A stretch of DNA of 52,351 bases, filler included, from Sphacelaria rigidula (GCA_964200075.2; 4 parts of 4 records of this genome joined end to end with filler, not necessarily neighbours in it); one strand, 5' to 3'; shown: positions 13,015 to 26,289, counted from the first letter of the whole stretch. The notes: generated by a model from the letters alone, not told the origin. Made by a program: numbers and translations.

Positions 13015-13114
13015 NNNNNNNNNNNNNNNNNNNNNNNNNNNNNNNNNNNNNNNNNNNNTTAATTAATTAANNNNNNNNNNNNNNNNNNNNNNNNNNNNNN
13101 NNNNNNNNNNNNNN
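13015..13114. other. Assembly gap (100-bp spacer with TTAATTAATTAA linker)
   Basis: Pattern is N44-TTAATTAATTAA-N44; identical spacers lie at 26128-26227 and 39240-39339. Confidence 0.97.
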
Positions 13115-13735
13115 TTGCACTCTGTGACCACGGGTTCGAGAGATCGAGCTAATGTGATGGATATAATAATAATATAACAATAATCGCTCATCCCAGTGAA
13201 TGTTTTATCCCGAGGTCTGGTGATCTGGAGAGATACTAGGCAGCCGCTCCACAATCCGAAACAAGAATCACATTTGCGCTCAGTACTGCACGAGTGACGG
13301 GCTGGTTTGACAAGAGGAGGTGCTGTTGACCGCTTTTGGTCCAGGAGACATTTTTTTTCGCGCTAGCGCAATGCATAAGTGAAATCTAAAATTAAGGATC
13401 TGTGAAATTATTAGTGAGAGCGATCGGGCTTGCCCCACCCACCCCTCCCCGTTCCCCTCCGCCCCTGTGCTATACAGAGCTCGATTGGGCAATTTTCGTT
13501 GGTGCGTATTTTCTTAATTTACTCGTGTATAATTCATCTTCAGCACTCGAAAGTCCTTGCGTCAATATATATTAGGAAAAGAATGGTGTGATGCTCAACA
13601 GACAATCCTCGAACTGGTATTGATGGGATGATATGGAGTAAGAACTTGGTTTGTCAGGGGTTATTGACCGTCACTAGTCCGAAACACTCGGTTCGTTGGC
13701 CCTAGCTCAGGGTCAAGGCCGTTTCTTTCGGTTCG

Positions 13736-14090
13736 TATTTTGTTTGGCTCGTATTTTCCACTTTTAGGACATTTGACAAGGTATTTGACCCCCAAACGGG
13801 GAAAATCGCCACCACACGTCTCGGACACTTTGTATCACCCCACCCAGAGGACTCTAGCCCACTTTTCCGACTCGCTTGGATCAGAGATTTCGAAAGCGAC
13901 CTCTGGACAAAAATACGAGGAAAACATGCATTGCACAGTCTGCAGGAAAATATATCGGAAAAGTGGGCTAGGCTCCTCTCGGTGGGGTGATACAAAGTGT
14001 CCGAGACGTGTGGTGGCGATTTTCCCCGTTTGGGGATCAAAAACCTTGTCAAATGTTCTAAAGGTGGAAAATACGGGCCAAACGAAAATA
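13736..14090. repeat. Long inverted repeat / foldback (arms ~135 bp, loop ~85 bp)
   Basis: 13736-13870 (...ggggaaaatcgccaccacacgtctcggacactttgtatcacccca...) is the near-perfect reverse complement of 13955-14090. Confidence 0.9.
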
Positions 14091-14660
14091 GGTGTATATT
14101 CGAAAAATTCATGTGCATTTTTTGTCCATGAGAACGATCGAGATCGCTTTGATGGAGCAAAGATACCCAATAGTCAGAAGCTGGGGTTGGGCAGTCTCAA
14201 GACCCACAAGGATCGGCCAGTCCGTAAGTCGTTCAATATTGAGTGCAGAGATGATTTTTGTTTCGTAGGGTGGAGTGAACGCCTTTTTATAGTATGTTTC
14301 CATCCCCAAACTTGGGGATCGAAACGCTCACTGGGATGAGCGGTGGCACGCGAAATCACTGTTGGAAATCGAAGACTACAAAAGAGGTACAATACCCCCC
14401 GATTTTCAGCTGGAAACTACTGTACGAGGGTCGTTGATATGTGCCTCTCCAGGAAGACTTGCTGCTGTACCTCTGGGAGGATGCTAGCGCACGTTTTCAC
14501 GCACCCAACTTGACTTCCATCCGAACAATTGTTTTCTCGAGTAACCAAAAAATTTAAGGCTGGCGTGTTTCTCCGAGGTCGTCGGTACGCTTGTTTGTGT
14601 TCTGGGACATATGTCTAAGGTATTTGCTGGTCGTTTGACAAACTGTTTATTTCCCCAACA

Positions 14661-17600
14661 GTCGAACCGAGCGCACGGTAAAAGTCAGAAAGGGCGCTCG
14701 AAACCGCTCGGAAACGTACAGCAAGACTTTCCGAGGTGGCACAATCCGCAACCCCCCCTACGAAAACTATTAGTAGTAGTACGATTACTGGTGTGCCCTG
14801 GTGAGAATCAGCGCTCAAATTCACACCAAATGTTATCACGGTGGGTACTACGAGTAGGTGTATTCAGCATGTTGCCCATGTTCAGGGTTTTCATTCAAGC
14901 AATGGTTCGTTCCTCAACCACCCGTGTGTCGATAAATGTGCCCCCGTATGCTCGGCACCAAGTTACGACTTCTTTGGGGTATTTTAGTTTGTTTTCCCCG
15001 TCGTGACGCAAAAGATGCGCAGTTGTTTACACGATTCGTAAATGAATCCAACCCGGCGGATTTTTATTGGATGCAGAGATAACCCTATAGGTCCGGAGCC
15101 CGCTGCTGCCAAACTTCGTCAGTGTCGTAGTGCAAAGTGGGCAAGCCCTGGAAGCAGCGAACAACTAGCCGTTCCATCGAACAGTTTGACAACCCGGTAC
15201 TTATTGCCATCGGTTCGGCGGCTTCGAGTTCGGGATAGAGATGGGGGCGCGAAATGCTGCACGTTATCGAAAACGTCAAGAACGGTTTGCGTTTTTGTTA
15301 GACCCTTGGGCCTCGGAAATCTGTCTGCCATACAAGTGCCAGTGAACCAAAACACATCATCCCGCGATCGTCGTGTGCCACGTGCACAGATTTCAACCCC
15401 AAGCTTGTGTTTAAGCAAAGACGTACGTCGTACACGATGGCGGAGGAGTGGAGAAGCAAGCCGCACACCCAGGAATGTATCGAAATCGTGTACTCTCGCT
15501 GTCACCTCAGAAGATCTCGTACAGCTAAGCTAGGGTGATGCAGAACAAGGGCTTGTAGTGCGCCGGGAGATGAACTCCATCTGGCTAAGAAGCTGTGAAG
15601 GTAACGTTGGAGTAGTTCACTGGTCCGTGCGCGGCGGATATTACTCAATGCACTGTCTCCTTCGTTTCCCCTCCACCGTGCCGTTTTCTCACCGGGCTGG
15701 ACGAGAAGGCTGGGTGTACTTTCCGCAAGTACCCGGGCACTCGAGAATCTCTTACGGCCGAAATTCAGGCCTATTTGCTTTGTGGAGGGATGGCAGGAGT
15801 GCCGGAGCTCGTGCGCTTCCATGAAGGGAACGACAAGATCCGTGGCTTCGTGACAACAAAAGAGATTTGCGGGTAATGCTCTCTCCCTGTCCGCGCCACC
15901 TGCTGTCTGTAGATCCCGCCGCAGTAGTGCAAGAGTGAGAATTCGGTTGAGATTGCGTCGGCTGCTCTGTTTAGTCGAGTTCTGCTCATTTTCGGGGAAT
16001 ATGTACCGAAAATAGTGCCTGCTTTACTCAACAATGTTGAGAGCGACCCATAGTGTTGGGCTCAGCGTTGGCTCCAGCCAGATAATGGAAGGCCTTGTTT
16101 TTGGACAAGAACTGTGAACAGCGCTTCTCAGACAAGTGGCGAGCAGACTTCCCCATGATTCTCCGTTAGCACACGTGTGTATTCCCTGACCCTCCTCCGT
16201 TACTCACCCGTGCATCCAAACCTCGTGTTCCTCTGCACTCCACTTTCTTTCTTATCCAAAGAGCGACGCTCAAGGAACACAGCAAGCAATACCAAACAAT
16301 GTTCGGGTACCAATTTGGCAAGCGCAGGATGCAGTGCGAGTCCATCCTTTACCAGGTGAGTATGTCGTGTGTAGTCGCGCGCGCGCGCGCGTGTGTGTAT
16401 GCCTTCTGTGAACTTGTCACGCCTAAAGTACCCCTAGTCTCATGGTTAAGGTTGTTCAAAACCGTTTCGGGTCGATTTTCGATCCATTCCCAGGAGACGG
16501 GTTCATCATATTGAAGCTGAAGTATACCCACTGTTGCGTACCTTGATAGAAGTTGCGCATGTGGAGAAACTCTCAGTGACCCCGGGGAAAGGAACACACA
16601 CGCTGAAGATCCAGCAGGCCAAGCGTCGATCACTGTTGGTGTTTGCACTAACCGCTTCCAGCGTCTACTACGCCCGCCAGCCGAGTACCGCGTAAAGAAA
16701 AATATCGCGTGATATAAATGCAATCTGTAGGCGAGAATAACAACGACGCCGACAAGGTGTATCCTCAGGCTCGGCAAAAACAAGCTGTGGCGTTTTGGCG
16801 AAGGGCACGATCTCGACCAGCCGTGTCGTCGGTCTACAAAGTGGTGCACCGAGTACCTGGCATGATGCACCGCGCTGTGGCTCGCCTTCGCCCTGGTTTC
16901 AGCAGCAAAACGGACAAGTCGTCGTTTAACAATTTGCATGTCTTGCCAGCCTTTCTCGCAGAAATCCTTTGACGCAGTGTAACTTGTTGACCATTGCTGT
17001 TGTTGTGCAGGCACTGAAGGTGATGATGAACCTTCACAGAAGAGGTGTTTATCATAACGATTTCGCTATGGAAAATATCATGATCGGGTTTTTGAAGCAA
17101 GGGCAAATGAGTTACGGAGAGGGAGATGTGGTCGTCCTCGACTTCGGCGCGTCACGGGCGGCCGAGCGGGCAAAGCGTGAGGTACAGTCTCTAGGTCCCC
17201 GTCTATGTTTCGTGCTGTGCCACAGTGCTGTACTGTAGACAAAGCGCCACTGCTGGTCGTCAACTCCGGGGATCAACCACGATTGAGGAGTGCAACCAAG
17301 CGCTGTCGAGGTCAACATGATATCATGTCGACGGTTGTGAGTCGTGGCACAGAGATGCCTTGTGTATGGTGTGGGAGAGATCCAACGGAGTATTTCTTGG
17401 TGCTGCATGCACACCCATGACACTGTTCCGTTTACGGTAACTTCTTCCGGCGGGTGCCTCGTACAGAAGGATACGCTTCATGACGTGGTGAAAATTTCCC
17501 TCATAACGAAAGTAATCCGACACTCGGACTCGTGGTCGCATTTCTTTTGTTATCTCCCCTGCAGAAGTCTCACGACCTCGATCCACATGTGTTCTCGTGG

Positions 17601-20600
17601 TGCCTTGACTGACGGTGGTGACTGATGTGGTTCAAGGTCTGGTACATTAACGGTTGGTTAAGGCGCCAGACATAGTCTGGCAAGTGTATCGATTTGTTCG
17701 CGATATCATGTACGCTACGACTTGTTTTCCGAAGTACCGGTGTTGTAATTGGTCCATTTTTCATTTCCAGCGAGACCCTTGATGTCACCCGACCGCCCGC
17801 ATTTCTCCGCTTTGTCTGTGGCGTCGTCGGGTGCTCTTCCCTCTACAGCGTGAAAACTACCGGTGGCAACCGGGAGACGAGTGGGTGGCTGCTCCCACCG
17901 AAGGTCGGAGCGAGTACACAGATACTCTACAGGTGCGAGCTGGTGCCCAACGTTCGTCTGTGCCGTGAGCTTGATCTTCCTCGTGCAGCTACGACCCATT
18001 CACACGTTGGTGGCCGCGTCTTGTAGTATTTACACACATCGCCCGGACGGAATGTTTGAAGCTCCCCTGTCTGTCCCTCCTGAAAGAACCTCAGGTTCTT
18101 GTTTCGCACGGGTGTTCCATCAGAGCGTACAACGTCCGTAGTCACATGCCGGGTTGAGTGGTGTTGGTAGCCGCGCTCAAAACGCCGTCCCTTCCTTCTT
18201 GATCGCTCAACGTCTTCGATTGGATGTCTGTATTGTGTTGCCTTTAGGACATCTTCAAGTACTTGTCGTACATGGGGGGGGACGGCAAGCTGAACGGTAT
18301 CCTGAGCGACCGCTACCAGTGGGGAATGGTAGCGACGTTCTTGCTCGGTCTCTCTCACCCCATGCAGCGGAGCCCGCTAATGTCGGACGGTAAGCGGGGT
18401 AGTGGTATGATAATGCATTCTGAGGGCCTTGTATGTCTTTATTTCGCACAGGGGGGAGGGCGAAATAAGCGGCATCAATCGATCACTTCTAGTGAATGAC
18501 TTCGTTTTGTCGTTAGGAAAAGAAATCCACTCGACTGGCCTTTTCCTGTCTTGACAACGGGCGTACGATGTAGGTGAGTTTTCGCGGGGTAAAGTTTCAC
18601 CGACAGTTTGATATATAAAATTGCCTTCCCGAGAAGCTTATGCTTGAGCGCGTTGTCGCCGTACCCCGACAACACGGCATCGGTTGGTCGAGCGGCACGT
18701 AGTGCTTGGCTGTCGTTGTGCAGGTATAACCCGCCCATTGGAAAGCAATGTCCCGGTGAGCTTCGCGCTATGCCTGCCGCCATGTTGTAGCCCACCGTAG
18801 TACGTACTACCTCGGCAAAAGAGCTGGACTTTCAATGAGTATCGTGGATGGTACAGATATCGATACATTGCATGCATGCGTACACTACAGCCCATTCGCC
18901 CATGCATCGTACGCAGATCTTCAAGAACTGGTGAAGATGGTGACTACCACGGATCCGAGGTCGCGATTGGCGCCTGAGGCCGACCTCGAAAGCTTCCCGT
19001 GGATGAAGGTAAGAGCGGACGTTGCCGTCAGTACACCCTGTATTTTTTGCAGCAGGACTTTGCACGGGTTCCCGGGTGCAGACCGATTGATTTTTCGTCT
19101 GCTGCCGCCCGGTGCCTGATGAGTAGCCCCAAGGCTGACCATATGGGAATGTAAAAAAAAATGAAGAAGATGGAAGAAGAGGCCCTTGGAAGGTATTCTC
19201 GAATCGGCACCAGATGGAAACTGTTACTTTGTCGAACGTGATCACATGTAGGCGTGTGCTACAGGCAGGTGATGCTCTTGTGCTACAGCCCCTAGAGGAA
19301 GAATGCCGTAAAGTTGAGCACGCCCTTTTGCGCCTTCGTTTTTGTGCAGAGAATGGCAAGGGCGGCGGAAGATCCCAACCCTGTGATATATATGATGCCT
19401 AGAGAAGAGGTTGACGCTTTGCCCAAGTGCTGGGGAAAAGACGCCCAGGCGAAGATCGGGAGGGTATACGACGCCATTGGGGCCACTAATGGAATGGAGT
19501 TTGTGGTACGCGCGGCGGAGAAGATTGAGAACGCCTCCGCCGCAGGGGAGGTTGCTGCAAGAGAGGATAAAGCGGCGACGGCGTCAAGGGCTTCCGCAGC
19601 CGGGGCCGCCGCTGTGGCTGTGGCGTCACTCCAGTCTGAGCGAGCCGCGGAAGAGCCCATGTCAGCTAACCCTGAAGATGGAAAGGAAGGGGAGGACGAG
19701 GACGAGGACGGGGCGGGTGCGTCCGAGAAGGTCGATGGGCAGCGTAGCCTGGACAGTGCCGGCAAGGTTTTGGCTGAGAAGCAGCAACAACAGAGGTCCG
19801 GGGGTGTAGACGAGCGTTCTCGCGGCGGAGGCGGTGACGGTGACGGAGGCGACAACAGCAGCGGCGCTGTGAGCGGTACTGGTAGCAGCGGCGGTGGCAG
19901 CAGAAGTGGGAGTGGCGACAAGCGAGCGAGGAGTGTGGAGGAGGAAGAGGTGTGTTACTGGTTTTTTCACCGTGAAAACTCGTAAAAACTCACGGAGGAA
20001 TGTTCGACAGCACCTGAGAAGCCATTGCTGTATGAGGCGTATGGCCGTATTCCCTTGTTGTCAAGTAGTTCGGACATTTAGCTGTTTGCGAGGAGTTACT
20101 CCACGTGGCCTCTTTGGAGTTACTGTGACCGGTCCCGTTGGTGTAGCTTCTGTGCGTCCGTGCTCATCTTATCCTTGTTTTTCTGTGAAATTGCGACGGG
20201 CCGCCACGCCGCCCGAAGGATGATACCCGGTGAAAATGTTGATGATGGGCGGGGCATTCCGACAGCCTGGCGTTCTGTTTCTCGAGAGAGTATAACTCAA
20301 CAATACTCAGCACCATAGTTTGGCGCACCAGCGCGTCATGTATGTCGGTCTCGCCATGTAGCTACCTGCGATTCACTGCGCTTTCGAATCGTTCCTTCGC
20401 AACCACTCTTGTTCCCCTCGGACTCACCGCCCCTGCGCCACTTACGAAATAAATGAAGGACTCCGCGGCCAAGAAGCCTGACATCAAGAAGCGGTGCGGG
20501 GGAAGGCAGGGCAGGAGCGCGGTCGGTAGTGCGATAGCAGAGGGCGCGGGAAGCGACGTGGGAAGCAAGCGTGGCCGTTCCGATGACGATGGTCCGGCGA

Positions 20601-21050
20601 CAAGCGACACGCGCACGGGCTCGAAGAAGAAGGCGAGCGTCAATGCTTCGGTATCTTGTATTTTTGGTTGATGTGTTATGACTTACTTGAGAATACATAC
20701 GTCAACCGCATTCAGTTGGCGATCGGACTTGCTAGCGAACCGACGAGTACTGTGTGTCGGGTTATAGGTGGTGCAGGCGTCACGCAACTGAAATACATCG
20801 ACTTCGTCGCGATCTTCAGCCAATGTGAAATTCCGCTCATCGTTTGACAAAAAGATTAACGCAACGCGCATATCCACGGATCCACCCGTCCTCTTGCTTT
20901 ATCCACCAGGCACGCAAAGCAAGGAGCAGCAACAGCACCGGCGTCTGGACCGGTCGCCTCCGCAACCGTGGAGGTGGAGGTGGCGGCGGCGGCGGCGGTG
21001 GATCGCAGGGGTCCACCGCTGCCCGTAACACCCTCTCCCCCCCGTGCTGA
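14661..21050 (+). pseudogene. Divergent multi-exon protein kinase (non-RD) with a low-complexity basic C-terminal tail; probably disabled
   Basis: Exons: ~15696-15872 (LTAEIQAYLLCGGMAGVPELVRF...GFVT; subdomains III-V), 16262-16355 (ATLKEH...ESILYQ), 17011-17181 (ALKVMMNLHRRGVYHNDFAMENIMI...VVVLDFGAS; VIa-VII), 17849-17903, 18248-18389 (SDRYQWGMVATFLL; IX), 18724-18755, ~18801/18917-19008 (DLQELVKMVTTTDPRSRL...FPWMK; XI), 19350-19949, 20459-20650, 20910-21050 (stop). Upstream candidate exons are 14661-14735, 15091-15196 and 15511-15600; the last has stops in all frames. Confidence 0.75.
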
Positions 21051-22149
21051 CGCACGGAGGGGAGGGGGGGTGGGCACCAAAACGGATAAACTCGGAAAAC
21101 TTAACGACGATAAAGCACGGGGGAGGTCTGCATCAATAAAAACGGGTCGACGTCCAGCTGGTACTCGACGTGTAGGTGAGCTCGGCCGGTGCGGTGTACG
21201 CAGCAACTTGAGCATCTGAACCACAGAACCATTAAGTCGTGAAGAATCTCCGAAGGAAATTTTGAAAGAAGCAGGTGATGGTGGCTTGGTGTGGGGTAGA
21301 CGAGGAATATTTACCGAGTTTTTGTTGTCCGGGCGATGCGGGGTGATCGCCCGGTGTGTGGAGATGCAATCTACCATGTATTGGTCTAGAAACGCGGCCT
21401 TTCAACCGTAGCGCCATGAAAAGCTAACAAATATGGTGACGATCCAACACGATGTTCGTTCAACAGAGCGGTCAGGATTGGTTCGATCGTTCAAAAGTAC
21501 CGAAGAGTCCGACCCTGCGGCCGTGTAGTCGCAGGGCTCCCGATGGTCGGTCAGTGCGTTCGGGGTTCCAGGTTGATCATAAAAGGGATTTTACGAGCGG
21601 AACTTGGGGTGGCGTCCGATGCCTCGCGATCCCCAAATGCTAGGATTATACTCTTTGTCGTAGGGGGTGGTGCGAACCGGAAAGCCTGCAAAAATCTTTT
21701 TGTTTGTAACCGAAATATACTTTCTTAAAATACATCCTACTACTATTAGATCATCGAAAACATAGCACCGTACAGCAGAGCCATGTCGATATCCAGACGT
21801 GTCCCCGCCACTGTGCGATTTGATCAAGACCTGGCTTCCGGCTCTGGAAACCCAGCGTCAAAGGGCGATTGTCGGCACTGGTGATTCCCTGGCACATGGT
21901 GCGTCAGTTCAGCTTCATTACCAAATTATCTTGAAAACGACAGCGACATTGATCCGAGACCCCCTGCTAGCAGTCCCACGGTTGAACGGTTGACGCTTGC
22001 GGGTCGTTCGTGGCCCTCCGCGTCCAAGGCGTCAGCTCATGTATGGGTCAATTGTTCGCATGGTGGGAAGACGCAGAGAAGAGCGTTCGTTCTGAGAGTG
22101 ACTGTAAACCACAGATGATAGCTATGTATTGACAAATAAATGCGCTGGT

Positions 22150-24647
22150 CAGTTAGTCATCGGGGTTGCTTATTTTGGTCGCGGGTGCGGCGTGGTGGGG
22201 TGGAAACAGACCTGGCACGAAACAGGGCGTTGATGAATGGTGTTGTGGCAGGATATCGATGCGCCAAGGGTTGGTGGTCATGCTGAGTCTGCAATGAGTA
22301 CACGGAGTGCTCAAAGGGCGCCGGATGACCGAACAGACACACCGCCCATGGTAGCACGATCGTGAGGCTCTTGCAGTGTTACAGATGCGATTATCGCCAA
22401 AAGCTGCAGCATATCCGTGACACAAGCGAAAGCATAAAATTTGCAAAAATAATTGTGTGCAAAGTTTCTTCTGTCGTGATGATGTTCCGTGCCAGTGATA
22501 TCGCGGAGCCGCGAGCTACTTAATGCAGCTAGGCGAGGTCGGCGCATGAGACTTCGACAGGGGGAGAGACAAGGGGATGTGGCGAAACATGCACAGGTTG
22601 TTGGCGTGCGCGAATTCCCAAGCTGAGCCGCAGGTGAGTCACTTCTCCTGACGATAGCGGTGGTGTTGGGGTGGTTGTTGAGGTATTTGGAGGCACAGTG
22701 CCCTGAAATCCGAAGTTTTCCGGGATCATCGGCAATTCGTGTGTCTACTTGTGACCCTCTGGGTATGGTCTTGTGCCCCATTTTTGGTGCCTTGCTGACG
22801 GCGTCATAGAAGCCCTTCCGGAACGCACAGGGGTGAGGAGGTTGTGCGAATGACTAGTCTGACAGATGGGTATTGCTTATTTTCGATCGGATGTACGTGT
22901 AACTCTGAAATATTCTTCCGGAGATCTAGTGAATTATGCACTTGTCACCAGCCAGTAGCACCGTGGTTGTCGGAAATCGTCGCATTTCGAAACCCATCGC
23001 ACCTCGATACAAGAACTTTATCGGGTTGGGTGCTTCGTCACTAGGTGAAAAGTGCGTTCGAGAGGGTATGTGCATGTTGTGGCGTTGAGCTGCTCTGCTT
23101 TGCCGATCGTTGTGTTACTGCTGGAAATTCGCGTGGAAACAGAGCGAGCACCACCCAGACCCGTGCATAATTGCCCTGCATGCGCGCTTAGGCGATGCCC
23201 GCACAGCCGCTGGTGTGTTTGTGTGCCGCGTGCGAATGGTGATCGTGGCGTCGTGTGTAGTGGGCATATCATTCCGCCACACTGACGAGATGTTTTGCCC
23301 ATGTATATATGTGCTGTGTACGGCTGTGAAACTGCCGTCGTCTCGATCAGTCTTACTGACCTGTGTATATCCGCCCTTGCTCCGCTCCACTTCAGATCAT
23401 GATTGGCAGGCATGATCTAGCTGCCTAAGAGACGCCGCGTCCTGTGCGATGGTTGGATCACAACAGCCCCGCGGCACGGCTGCACCATGAGCGACCGGAT
23501 GACACTACACCAGGTACCCTTTCCTCTCAAGCAGGTCGAGCTGGATGCCTGCCAGCTGTGCGGTATGCGGCCCTGCATAGTTCCTTTACACGCGAATAAG
23601 CTGTCCTGGACGACCGATCAGACGCGCACCCTTGGCTGGGTTAACTTCAATTCTGCCTCAGTATGCCGTCCCCGGGGTCTGGTCTTGTGCCCACCCCGTC
23701 GTCGACGGTTATGCGGTGCATTCACAAAATGATACGGTGAGTATACATACCACGCGCAGCACTGGAGTGTTGTATCCCCTACCGTGACAGCTCATCTACT
23801 TTCAGAATATTCACGAGGACTTGCGGATGTTTGCTTCTTTGTACTTGTGAGTGTACGCGATCGCTCGGTGACCGTAGACTGCACTATTGTATCGTCGAAG
23901 CATTTGCGGTATTTCTTGCTGCAGGGTCGCACGGAACGTTTTTTCTTGTACTTTCTGTGATGGGCACCTTTGCTTGTTCACGCCGTTGCTGAAAGCGAAG
24001 GGAATCAAGCGCTCAGTTACCGCTCTTGTACGATAATTAGCCTCATTCGTTGTTTTTGGGCGCTCTGAAGTTTTACCCTTGGGACCTGATTGCTGAAGGT
24101 AGTAAAGTCTCGGTGCTGGAACACAAGATCTATTACCTGGTATGACGTCGTGGCCAAGCGAGACGAGCGAGTTTCGGCGGCTTCATTGAATGCATCGACA
24201 GCATGAGGAAACTTGCCACAGCATTGGAACGCATGATCTTTTTTTTCTGCTGTGACTCAGAGCCGACAGTCACCGGGGATATGTTGCTTTTCATTAGTGA
24301 ACATGCATTCCTGCTAGTCGCCCGTGAGCTACGTACGTGACATGAACTTGTCACATGTTATCGCCAGCGGCGCACACACAATAGTTTCCAGACCCGCTGC
24401 CGTGCTCATCTTATCCCACCCCGTGCCATGAACAAATGCTCCGAACTAACCGATCGTGACTCTCCCGTTCCACTCCACATTTGTGTTCTTTCATCTGGCA
24501 GTCGCTCAAGATCTAGTGAACCTGTTGGCAGATGAAGGTCGGACCTCTCGGTGCTAATACGCCTGCACTATTGACGGGCTTTGCGTCGTACACGGTATTT
24601 CGAGTTTTTCCGTTTTGGTGTGGGTAATGACGATGGTGAGAATTAAA

Positions 24648-24680
<33 letters not shown>

Positions 24681-25950
24681 GTAAAGATGGTTGATATGGT
24701 TTAACATCATGTTTCAGGATTATGGTATGTAGTGGATGGGCTTGGTGTTGGTAGCTGATGCCCTCAAGCAAGGATTTCTGCGTACGCTGATTATGATATT
24801 TTCGAGATTCTTGATTGTAACTTTCAAAAGATGCATGGCGCATATATTGTATATGAGTAAGGATGGGGTTTTGGGTGGTCTGGGGGTACACATGGACATG
24901 CGAATTGTGGTGGATGACGACCGAAACACAGAAGGTTCTCACAAGAAGCGGGATGGAGGAGGAGGTATACTTGGCTGAGGGTTCGCTGCTGGATTGATTC
25001 CCTTGATAGTCTCTTGGCATGACCCGACGGCAGTTTTCGTAAGGTAGTGGTGTGATGAGCGTCTGATTCGTTGCAGCGGCACTGGTGGCGTGTTTTGTGT
25101 GCAGCAGCATCGATGGTCGAGTGTCACTGCACTCGGTCGATGTCTGTGAATGAACGCCCTCCGGTGCTAGTCGCACTCGACCGGTGGTGACGACGATGCT
25201 TCAGCAGAAGTTGCTTTTCGTCGTCGTGTCTCTTTGTTTGACTCATTGTAGTTTAGTCTATCCAGTTATGCTAGGGGTGATTCCCTGTGTATTTGCATCT
25301 TCTCCGCAACCAACGGGTGCATGAGATTCTGAGGAATTTGATCAGTAGCGGTCTTTGCGACGTGGGGTTGGAGCTGTTTTCAGAGTTTTACCTTCGCGGG
25401 CGAATGGCTATTCGTTTTCGAGTCATGTTGTGAGGGACGCAGTACTTGGCCCATGCCAACAGGTTGGCTGTGGCTTGCGAGCTATTTCTTCGTTGCCAAT
25501 TTTTCACTGGTTTTTGCAGATCCGGTGACCGAGATAGTGCTAAATAGGTGTATCAAACGCATGCATGGTTGGATATGAGTGAGTTGCTTTGTTTTCGCAT
25601 GAAAGTATTGTTAGTTGGTTGAAGGAGGCGAGGGGTGGAGCGTGGCTACGAACAATACAGATGACCATCTCGTACCCCCGCTAGCGTGGAATCTCGTCGC
25701 GTAAATTAAGGAACGGGGAAACGTTTTGCTTTTGGGAACGAAACACCCATGCCTCTCGCTGCGGAGTTTGTCGAGGAGAGAGGATGACGTTCGCCGCGTT
25801 GAGGGAGAACGATCCTCCCTACGAACTGCTGCAGTCTCATATCTGGCACTGATGTAGCCATCACTAAAAACAAATCTTGTACGAGCTGGGCCCATAGTAA
25901 ACCTCGCATTCGCTTTCCACACCATAACTTTTGAAGCTTTCCAAATCAGC
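22150..25950 (-). mobile_element. Possible highly decayed, intron-containing Mutator (MULE)/SWIM-type transposase relic
   Basis: Broken minus-strand peptides in MULE-like order: SDAHHTTTLRKLP...RDYQG (~25070-25000), YIHGQNISSVWRND...HTN (~23310-23210), HDRRNFAHNYFCKF (SWIM-like CxCx..CKH remnant, ~22480-22435). There are many stops and frameshifts, and the motifs are weak. Confidence 0.25.
24648..24680. repeat. (GAT)n microsatellite
   Basis: Run of about 10 ATG/GAT units. Confidence 0.9.
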
Positions 25951-26127
25951 GGGACTTGGAGCATATTGCTGTGAACTGTAGACCAACCTGGCAACACACG
26001 GCACCGCTACTAAATGGAGGGGGAAAAAATGTAGTGAATAATATATAACCTTGAGGACGGCCGGGAAAAAAAGAAGAGCAATGGCCTAGAAAAGGTATAC
26101 CTTCTCGTTTTTTGCCCAAGAAAGGTA

Positions 26128-26227
26128 NNNNNNNNNNNNNNNNNNNNNNNNNNNNNNNNNNNNNNNNNNNNTTAATTAATTAANNNNNNNNNNNNNNNNN
26201 NNNNNNNNNNNNNNNNNNNNNNNNNNN
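26128..26227. other. Assembly gap (100-bp spacer)
   Basis: N run with TTAATTAATTAA linker. Confidence 0.97.
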
Positions 26228-26289
26228 TGTTGCTTGCCTTAGTCGTTTGACCATTGACCACGCATCCCTTTCGAGATGGAGCAGAGCAG

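Noticed and set aside
13059-13070. TTAATTAATTAA palindrome, three copies in the window
   Set aside because: Each is centred in an exact 100-bp N spacer, so it is a synthetic all-frame-stop scaffold linker.
13702-14339. Overlapping 152- and 199-aa ORFs with similar peptides on both strands
   Set aside because: They are a by-product of the inverted repeat, with no recognisable domain or splice context.
19292-19970. Minus-strand Pro/Ser/Ala-rich ORFs
   Set aside because: They are antisense to the GC-rich kinase tail exon 19350-19949, which has proper splice sites and phase on the plus strand.
24513-24710. Poly-His ORF
   Set aside because: It is a translation of the (GAT)n microsatellite.
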